In this document: positions 17,301-21,438 of the stretch, in pieces
How positions within the stretch are numbered: position 1 is the first letter of the stretch
Layout: each line of letters begins with the position of its first letter
Assembly (NCBI GenBank): GCA_043819795.1
Contig: JBDREN010000158.1
Span: 1-21,438, forward strand
Length of the DNA stretch: 21,438 nt
Direction of reading: 5' to 3'
Origin: Elusimicrobiota bacterium
GTDB taxonomy: Bacteria; Elusimicrobiota; Elusimicrobia; UBA1565
The notes under the pieces: generated by a model
The model's input: only the letters and a program-made list of their open reading frames with translations
Told to the model about the DNA's origin: nothing
Databases searched by the model: none
Position numbers and translations under genes: made by a program

Positions 17301-20082
17301 TGTCCTGCTGGCCCGGCTGGCCGGGATCGGCCTTGGTGTCGACGGGCGAGGTCAAGCCCGCGTCGTCGGTGCTCTTGACGGCGAAGTAGTAGAGCAGCGT
17401 GGGCTCGAGGCCGGTGATGGTCAAAGTCTCCGGGCTGCCCGGAGGCAGGGCCTGGGCCAGCACGCGCTGGCTCGAGGCCGTGGCCGTCCACCAGGCCTCG
17501 GCGTCCCCGCCGGACCCGGTGACCGAGAAGGTGGCGAAGCGCACCGTGTAGCTGGAGATGGCCGCGAAGTTCTGGTTGCGCGGGGCCGTCCAGCTCAGGT
17601 CGATCTCGCCCTCGCCCGAGCCCGGCAGGGAGGTGAGGTCGGTGATCGCCTCCGGCAGCGAGAGCACGAAGAACGGCGTGGTGGAGTTGTTCACGTTGAA
17701 GAGCGCGTCCACCGTCCAGGCCCCGAAGAGGCCCGCGCTGTCCTCGACCCGGACCGCGAAGTAATGGGTGGCCGCCGGGTTGAGCTCGCTGAGCGTGACG
17801 ATCACCCGCTCGCCGCCCGCGCCCAGGGCGGGGGCCGTCGTGGCGCTGAACGCGGAGAGCGGCTGGGCCGCGTCGAACTCGGCGTCGCCCGTGATGTTCG
17901 CGGTCGTGGAGACCTTGATCACGTAGGCCTCGGGCAAAGTCGCGGCGGCCCGGTACGGCGCGGTCCACTCGAGCTCGATGTCGCCCGCGCTCGAGCCCTG
18001 GCGCGCCGCCAGGTCGGTCACTCCCTCGATGCCCCTGGGCCGCGCCCGGACCTGCGCGCCTCCGGCCTGGGTGTCCAGCGGGCTGACCTCCTCGGCGCGG
18101 TCGATGGACCGGACGGCGATGAAGTAGAGCCTGCCGGGCTCGAGGCCGGTCAGGGTCAAGGTCTCCAAGGAGCCGGGATCGCGCGCCTGGCCCAGGCCGC
18201 TGGAGTAGGCCACGTTGAACCAGGCCATGGTGTCTCCGCCCAGGTCGGCCACGGAGAAGGTGGCGAAGCCGACTTCGTAGCGGTCTATGGGAGCGAAGTT
18301 CAGGTTGCGCGGCGCGGTCCAGGCCAGGTCGAGCTCGCCCTCGGCCGAGCCGGTCAGGGCCGTCAAGTCCGTGACCGGTTCGGGATCGTTGGGGATCAGC
18401 TTCGGCAAGGCGAAGTTCGTGGTGTTCTTGTTGAGCGCCGGATTGCGGTCCCACGCGCTCACGTCCGGAGGATCGTTGGAGTCCTGATGCCGGATGGCGA
18501 AGTAGTATTTCACGGTCGGGATCAGGCCCGACACCGTGAAGGTTCTCGCCCCGCCGCTTCCGTGCGCGGGCAGCGAGGAGCTGGTGAAGGCCGTCAGCGG
18601 CAGGGCGGCCCCGAAGTCCGCGTCGTTCTCGATGTTCGAAACCGTCGACGCGCGGAATTCATAGCTCAACGGCAGCACCAGGTTCGCGTCCGAGGGCTCG
18701 GTCCACTCGAGCTTGATGCTGGCGATCTGCGCGCCGGTGGTCGCCGTCAGATTGGATATGGCCGGGATCGGCCGCGGCCGCGACTTGGCCTGGGTCAGCA
18801 CGCCGGCCGCCTGGTCGTCGACGTCCGAGACCCGGTCGGTGACGTCCACGGACCGGACCGCCACGTAGTAGCTCAAGGCGCCGTTGAGCCCGGGGACCTC
18901 GACCGTCACGTCCGTGCCCGGGGTCCGGCCGGACACCACCACCTCGGTGGAGTCCGCCAGGTCGAACCAGGCGTAGGGGTCGAAGCCGGTGTCCACGATG
19001 GTCCGGGTGTTGATCTTCACGATATAGCGGTCGATGGGCACGCCGTTCTGGTTGGCCGGCGCGGTCCACGTCAGCCTGAGCGCGCTCACCTCGGTCCCCC
19101 GCAGGGCCGAGAGGTTGGTGACCGGGTCCGGATCGCCCGGCTCGTACAGCGCCTGGGCGAAGTTCGTGGCGTTGAGGCCGAGGGCCGCGTTCCGCTCCCA
19201 GGTCCCGTCCATCCCGAAGCCGAAGGAATCGCTGGCCCGCGCCGCGAAGTAGTACGTCACGCCCGGGGTCAGGCCCGCCACGTTCATCGATTCCAAGGTT
19301 CCGGACGAGCCCACGACCGGCGGAGCCGAGACCGTGAAGGCCGTCAGCGGCTTGGCCGCGTCGAAGTCCGCGTCGCTCGCGATCTGGCCGGTCGAGGAGA
19401 CCCGGATCACGTAGGCCGTATTGGGCTCGCTATTCCCGATCCGGTTCGGGGCGGTCCAGGCGAGGTCCACTTCGCCGACCGACACGCCGGTCGCGCCGAT
19501 GAGGTCCGTGATCCCGGCGATGCCTTTGACATCCACGTACGCCTGGTTGCTCACCGACCTGGCGTTGTCGTCCAGGTCGGAGGTATTGCCGTTGTCGTCG
19601 GTGCTCTTGAGCCCGAAGTAGTACCTGATCGCGGGATCGAGCTCGGTCAGGATGCTCTGCGGGTTTCCGGGCGCCAGCGCGGGCGGCGGCCCCGTAAACA
19701 GCGTCGCCGCCTGGAACCAGGCGGTGGTGTCCCCGCCCAGGTCGGATATGCTGAACGTCGCGTAGCGGACCGTATAGGACGACACCGCCAGGGTGCTCGG
19801 CTCCAGGAGCCCCATGTCCTCTATGGGAGCGGTCCACTGCAGGTAGACCTGCCGCTCGAGCCCGCTCGGGATGCCCACCAGGTCCGCGACCGGGACCGGC
19901 GGGAAGGAGTCCCTGATCCGGATCGTGAAGGTGACGCTGTCGCCGTTGTTGGACGGATCGGCGTTGGCGATGGCAAAGCGGGCGAGCGCGGCGCCCGCGG
20001 CGGCCAACAGGCCGCCCAGGGCCAGCGCTTTGAGCGCCGCCGTCCACGTGCCGTAGCGTTTCACGACCTTATCGAGACTCAT
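8317..20082 (-). CDS. Giant secreted multi-fibronectin-type-III-like repeat protein with T9SS type-B-like CTD, 3921 aa
   Basis: Signal peptide ending AIA. 27 repeats with P.PVTDL...L.WT(A/S/E/T)P...Y...GL.P...YYFA(V/I) plus two further FN3-like domains, then an unrelated beta domain and the CTD TPNNDNKND...YDLRG...WDG...SGVYIYQI...GTIVVAR. Uninterrupted 11.8-kb frame. Confidence 0.93.
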   Translation of the reverse strand: MSLDKVVKRYGTWTAALKALALGGLLAAAGAALARFAIANADPSNNGDSVTFTIRIRDSFPPVPVADLVGIPSGLERQVYLQWTAPIEDMGLLEPSTLAVSSYTVRYATFSISDLGGDTTAWFQAATLFTGPPPALAPGNPQSILTELDPAIRYYFGLKSTDDNGNTSDLDDNARSVSNQAYVDVKGIAGITDLIGATGVSVGEVDLAWTAPNRIGNSEPNTAYVIRVSSTGQIASDADFDAAKPLTAFTVSAPPVVGSSGTLESMNVAGLTPGVTYYFAARASDSFGFGMDGTWERNAALGLNATNFAQALYEPGDPDPVTNLSALRGTEVSALRLTWTAPANQNGVPIDRYIVKINTRTIVDTGFDPYAWFDLADSTEVVVSGRTPGTDVTVEVPGLNGALSYYVAVRSVDVTDRVSDVDDQAAGVLTQAKSRPRPIPAISNLTATTGAQIASIKLEWTEPSDANLVLPLSYEFRASTVSNIENDADFGAALPLTAFTSSSLPAHGSGGARTFTVSGLIPTVKYYFAIRHQDSNDPPDVSAWDRNPALNKNTTNFALPKLIPNDPEPVTDLTALTGSAEGELDLAWTAPRNLNFAPIDRYEVGFATFSVADLGGDTMAWFNVAYSSGLGQARDPGSLETLTLTGLEPGRLYFIAVRSIDRAEEVSPLDTQAGGAQVRARPRGIEGVTDLAARQGSSAGDIELEWTAPYRAAATLPEAYVIKVSTTANITGDAEFDAAQPLSAFSATTAPALGAGGERVIVTLSELNPAATHYFAVRVEDSAGLFGAWTVDALFNVNNSTTPFFVLSLPEAITDLTSLPGSGEGEIDLSWTAPRNQNFAAISSYTVRFATFSVTGSGGDAEAWWTATASSQRVLAQALPPGSPETLTITGLEPTLLYYFAVKSTDDAGLTSPVDTKADPGQPGQQDREFAAGIAGITDLAAQAGAQDGEIDLAWTTPRRQSETAPLSYEVRASTSGQIADNAAFEAAEPLTIFSGSPVPVVGGQDAAESLAITGLASSVTYYFAVRAVDSGAPRFEGRWVVETGVNESNFAVPEGIAPVTNLVAATHAFQDAAVSLSWTSPLRTGALTPPLRYVIKASSFTNISDDAEFEAAQDLSVFSPATSVPPVAAGGAIEGLTVIDLIPSVTYYFAIRVEDSSLPSARAGLWQRDAGRGLNAGNFAAAAFAPGPPNAITDLTALIGSLPGTIDLAWTAPRNENFVPINGYDIRLASFSVAELGGDSTAWFNAAVSTSRVAYPALEPGSLETVTVTGLVPGMVYYVGIKSIDRTGEISPIDEPADPLVPPGQAYATAYFELRDPERILDLTALQGWLVGDLELRWTAPENTNGVPIDHYLVKVNTKSVSDMPGGSPEEQLGNWFSLADSTTMAPAAEAPGAFVTLVVPGLNGALTYYAAVKSVDITGAVSAEDLQAASVINQVRSRPKPIPPIQNLVANTGDTIASVRLEWTEPQNIGLAPPLSYDIRVSSAANIENDADFDAAQPLSAFSPSTLPTPGSGGARSFVVNGLTPTVTYYFAIRELDSKTPPEVSEWRRNVGQNVNVYNSTAPLHVPNLPNAITDLTALTGGAEGEIGLAWTAPKNANFTPIVRYDVGYATFSVVDMGGDTAVWFAAASSAAVTQIRDPGSKESLILTGLASGGRFYFAVKSEDRAGEASPIDTQAGGVQVRANAKGIESVTALVAQAGSAPGDIDLTWTAPFRAGVTPPEGYVIKMSTTGNIADDAAFDAAQTLDAFSDTSIPAVGTGGVPVSLTVTGLVPFKTYYFAVRAEDSSGLIGRWLRDVGQGLNVNNSSPSQFQPNPPDPVSDLTALTGSAEGVIELAWTAPRNQNFVDIATYTVRFATFSVGELGGDTTAWFNAASSSVVVAPALEPGDLETLTVTGLEPGVLYYFAVKSTDAVSEVSPIDERAAGVVDQARARANGVIPVTDLAAQAGAASGSVDLTWTSPQRAGIVLPESYVIKASSAGNIADDADFAAAEPLSAFSRTPLPAVAAGGAAETLTVTGLAPFTTYYFAIRAEDSGAPAPKAGVWSRDVAFGFNAGNWTAPAFTPRAPEPVSDLTALTGDAAGAIELAWTAPRNLNFVPVSSYTVRFATFPVSELGGDTTAWFNAASSSVVVAPALEPGGLETLTVTGLEPGVLYYFALKSYDSISEVSAIDDKADPAKLDDQARARANGIIPVTDLVALTNGGSGAIDLTWTSPRRAGTVLPETYVIKVSTLGNIADDAAFAAAEPLSAFSGTDLPAVAAGGAAESVTITGLVPFTTHYFAVRVEDSSAPVRKAGVWTRSAALGLNVSNWALPSFQPKPPDPVTDLTAQTGSLAGMADLSWTAPRNRNYVPISSYTVRFATFSVTDLGGDTTAWFSATASSERVLSTALEPGYRETLTISGLEAGEFYYFAVKSADAIGETSPIDDGADPAKAGVQAEARAAGAARITDLAAQAAGTSGSVDLNWTAPYRAATVLPESYEIRVSTLGNIADDAAFAAARPLSAFSGTVPPVVAAGGAAESVTITGLAPFTTHYFAMRVADSSAPLANTGSWLRSAALNFNIGNDAVPGFQANLPDPITDLAAQAGPLAGMVDLTWTAPRNRNFVPVSTYTVRFATFSVADLGGDTTAWFTATASSERVQAPAREPGGVETLTVSGLEAGELYYFAVKSADAIGETSSIDDGSDPLRAGAQAGARATGVARITDLAAATNGGSGAIDLAWTAPYRAATTLPESYTVRVSTLGNIADDAGFDAALPLSALSLSPVPAVGVGGSTAAMCVTGLSTPFTTYYFAIRVEDSSAPLANAGSWLRSVALDFNIGNWALPSFVSEIPDPITGVTAQPGPLAGMVDLSWTAPRNQNFVPISSYTVRFATFSVLELGGDATAWFNLAAANERHLPTAREPGRVETLTVSGLQPGVLYYFGVKSFDAVGDVSPIDDGAEPAKAGAQAEARATGVAPVTDLRAQTNGASGAVDLTWTSPHRAGAALPERYVIKISSAANFADEAAFASALPLTALSITAAPAVGAGGAVETLTVEGLVPFTRYYFAIKVEDSSAPVANAGVWQRSVALGLNVDNSAIASFEARLPDPVTDLTAQTGAAAGEVDLSWTAPRNRNFVPISSYTVRFATFSVLELGGDTTAWFNAAAGLRVVAPAKQPGGRETLTVTGLATGELYYFAVRSYDAVSEASPIDDGADPARPGVQAGARANGVARVADLVAVTNGGAGAIDLTWTAPLRAGTVPPERYEIRMSSAGNIGDDAAFNAAQPLSAFSKSQAPSVAAGGTAEALRVTGLTPFTTYYFAIRIIDSSAPVANVGTWLRSVALNLNVNNYAAASFFPNLPEQITDLTALKGAAEGDVALQWTAPENKNLIPIARYEVRFATVSVAALGNDATAWFSLAASSQRVLSPAKAPGQLETLTVGGLNPLTTFYFAVRSIDALGETSFVDLGADPAAPRQQAFSLPRNKAPATPTGLSAVSGLVRAQLSWNALPEGLGGKGLDFSHYRLERSTDNASFVTVTTTTGVSYTDRPLKAFTTYYFRVAARDKGGNESAPSASIGVAPYAIVPQEVFGLKVSNGGGNITVRWSPTTQFADGTRFVSTKTPTADELLGYTISRTTNPRAGFTLRGAVDVGVSSFTDFTNGQAYRYRVRSFNQLGFSTATLYVTTLGQQQIVLDDEVTQVVLDAKAVAAINQETSGYDEDILIHGRRVPDDTGGKVMQAIEFIPMLGGREELKSFAFPEPVSIQVHFVTDANGQPVPQTRTYSLEQARAQRGTMRTQEANGKTSHLGMFWNNGKEYKKLYGKIDKTEQTLTVKTPNIGKFQIRSQLRDAGVTFDLSNITTRVITPNNDNKNDAVIFLFDNPAGSAVEGKVYDLRGAYVAPMTAGPQPDTLQWDGRMNGTVVTSGVYIYQIKGEGKTFNGTIVVAR
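9710..19900 (-). repeat. Tandem array of alternating A-type and B-type FN3-like repeats (~750-765 bp per A+B pair); boundaries approximate
   Basis: 14 A repeats (RFATFSV..LGGDTTAWF) and 13 B repeats (GNIADDAAF.AA.PLSAFS), counted from the WTxP motifs. Confidence 0.9.
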
Positions 20083-20189
20083 TCTCCGTCAACCCTTCAC
20101 GAACCCTCCGGGTACGGTCTCCGGATACGGCTCATCCTCCTTCTCCGTCGTTTCACGCGTGCTCGCCTGCGTCACGGAGCGGACCCGGG

Positions 20190-20327
20190 TCCCTCCCCGG
20201 GGGGATATCCTCCCCCCGGGAAAGGGACAAGGCCGCAGGGGCTCGATGTCAGCCCGCGCTGTTCTCACGCGCCCCTCGCTTCATGACGCTCTTCGTCGGC
20301 GGACATATCGTCCTCCGCCACACCCCC
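20190..20327 (-). repeat. Conserved structured intergenic element, copy A (3' of the pilin-like gene)
   Basis: Shares ordered blocks with 21292-21432: CCCGGGGGGA/TCCCCCCGGGAAAG hairpin, CAAGGCC(G/A)CAGGGGCTC, TCTCACGCGCCCCTCG..TCATGACGCTCT and GGCGGAC. Confidence 0.85.
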
Positions 20328-20963
20328 TTACGACGCGTCCGCCGCCGTCAGGGTGAATGTCACGTTCTGGTCCGACGCCGTGCTCGTCCAGTTCGGCAGC
20401 CGGAAGAACAGCCACATATGCACCTGGTCGTTCGGCGCCTTGTTGTCCATATCTACCGTATCCGTCTGCCACTCGTACTTCGTGCCGTCTCCGCTATTGC
20501 TGCCCGCACGCTGCGTGCCGCTGATGTAGCTCGCCGCGGCCGTTACGTCCGCGAAGTCGGCCGCGCCCGGAGCCGCGGAGGTCCACGGCGTATCGCCGAA
20601 GAGTACGTACGCGGCCAGCTTGTCCGTCTCGCCGCTCGTCTGGTCCGTCGTCGGTGACGCGTCGAACGTCCAGGGGGTGCCCCCCGACGTGATGGCGCCG
20701 GTCAGGTCCAGTTCCTGGCCCGAGAGCGTGCCCAGGATCGTCACCGTCGCGGGCGACACGGTCTGCGTGGACGCGTACAGGTCCAGCGATCCCAAGTTCA
20801 ACACCACGGTCGCCGTGTCGATCTCGACCCCGCGGTCGATATTCGGCGTGATCGTGATGATGACCTGATCCGTGTCGTTGGTCAGATTAGCGTCCGCCCA
20901 CACGTTGCCCGCGTATCCCAACATCAGCCCCATCAGGGCTATCGCTGCCCACGTCTTCTTCAT
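20328..20963 (-). CDS. Secreted beta-rich protein, putative pilin/fibre subunit (TasA-like pattern), 211 aa
   Basis: AGGAGG 7 nt before MKKTWAAIALMGLMLGYAGNVWA (signal peptide). The mature part is Thr/Asp-rich with alternating-hydrophobic strands and ends MWLFFRLP...DQNVTFTLTA. The coding call is strong; the pilin function is inference. Confidence 0.8.
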   Translation of the reverse strand: MKKTWAAIALMGLMLGYAGNVWADANLTNDTDQVIITITPNIDRGVEIDTATVVLNLGSLDLYASTQTVSPATVTILGTLSGQELDLTGAITSGGTPWTFDASPTTDQTSGETDKLAAYVLFGDTPWTSAAPGAADFADVTAAASYISGTQRAGSNSGDGTKYEWQTDTVDMDNKAPNDQVHMWLFFRLPNWTSTASDQNVTFTLTAADAS

Positions 20964-20984
20964 GGCCTTGCCTCCTTTCCCGGG
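20963..20984. promoter_or_regulatory. RBS region of the pilin-like gene, forming an inverted repeat with 21318-21339 (21/22) and, less perfectly, with 20215-20234
   Basis: Plus strand TGGCCTTGCCTCCTTTCCCGGG versus reverse complement of 21318-21339, TGGCCTTGCCTGCTTTCCCGGG. Confidence 0.85.
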
Positions 20985-21291
20985 ATTCCCCGGTTTGTCT
21001 GTTCCGCCGGCTTTCGCCGGCGCGTTCGTCCTCGTGCCGGCCGGGGTAGTCCCCGCGCCGGCTCGCTTCACCGTCATATCCTTCACGCCGGCCTTGACCG
21101 GCTCGTTCTCTGTGCGCCTGGTCAGGTTATCGCCCATACCGTTCCCTCCGAGTCATGTCCGTCCCGCCGCGCGGCCTCACCGCGCCGCCGGCGCATCGCA
21201 TCGTCAAATCGGTCATATCACCCGCATCTCATCATCCGTCCGCGCCTCCGTCCCGGGGCATTCCGCCCCGCCGGTCCCCGCGAGCCCGCGC

Positions 21292-21432
21292 CCCTTTCCC
21301 GGGGGGAACCGAATCCCCCCGGGAAAGCAGGCAAGGCCACAGGGGCTCAGGCAGAAAGCACATCGCTCTCACGCGCCCCTCGTCTCATGACGCTCTCCTC
21401 TGGCGGACCCATCGAGCCACCGGTCCACCGCC
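21292..21432 (-). repeat. Conserved structured intergenic element, copy B (3' of the upstream gene, 5' of the pilin-like gene)
   Basis: Same blocks as copy A, with a perfect 13-bp stem TTTCCCGGGGGGA (21295-21307) / TCCCCCCGGGAAA (21314-21326). Confidence 0.85.
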
Positions 21433-21438
21433 TTACGA
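21433..21438 (-). CDS. Probable 3' end (Ser-stop) of an upstream gene cut by the window edge
   Basis: TCG TAA on the minus strand sits at the same position relative to element B as the TCG TAA ending the pilin-like gene sits relative to element A. Only 6 nt are visible. Confidence 0.4.
   Translation of the reverse strand, partial: S

Noticed and set aside
9710..19900. Periodic DNA repeats as a CRISPR array or mobile repeats
   Set aside because: The period is ~750-765 bp, in frame and protein-coding; there is no repeat-spacer structure and no cas gene.
20236..20280. TPP-riboswitch-like start (GGGGCGC..UGAGA) within the repeated element
   Set aside because: The downstream TPP core (ACCUGAU...UAAU...GGGA) is absent and the gene context is unrelated to thiamine.
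11146..20286. 3046-aa plus-strand ORF, plus the 1096-aa and 702-aa off-frame ORFs
   Set aside because: Antisense or off-frame shadows of the giant gene, with low-complexity R/G/V composition that mirrors its repeats and no independent domain signal.

Overview
GC-rich bacterial window with all credible genes on the minus strand. In transcription order (right to left): the last two codons of an upstream gene; a secreted 211-aa beta-rich, pilin/TasA-like protein; a 3921-aa secreted protein of about 29 fibronectin-III-like domains ending in a T9SS type-B-like (gliding-motility-associated) C-terminal domain; a protein made only of a signal/TM segment plus that same CTD; a PorV/PorP-SprF-like outer-membrane barrel fused to TPRs; a HAMP histidine kinase; a stand-alone receiver; thpR; and mltG. 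These are followed by two full tRNA-Ala(CGC) copies 1690 bp apart that bracket a secreted collagen-like protein gene. The gene style recalls Elusimicrobiota, but that is recollection and is not verified. The best candidate for an undescribed system is a surface fibre. The small pilin-like protein and the giant protein share the same ~17-residue mature N-terminal strand, suggesting donor-strand polymerisation with the giant CTD protein as cap or anchor, exported with a T9SS-like barrel. A conserved ~140-nt element follows each pilin-type gene, and part of it is a 21/22-bp inverted repeat of the pilin ribosome-binding site, suggesting an RNA switch, a processing stem or a DNA inversion site. All family assignments come from motif recognition by eye; no database searches were run.
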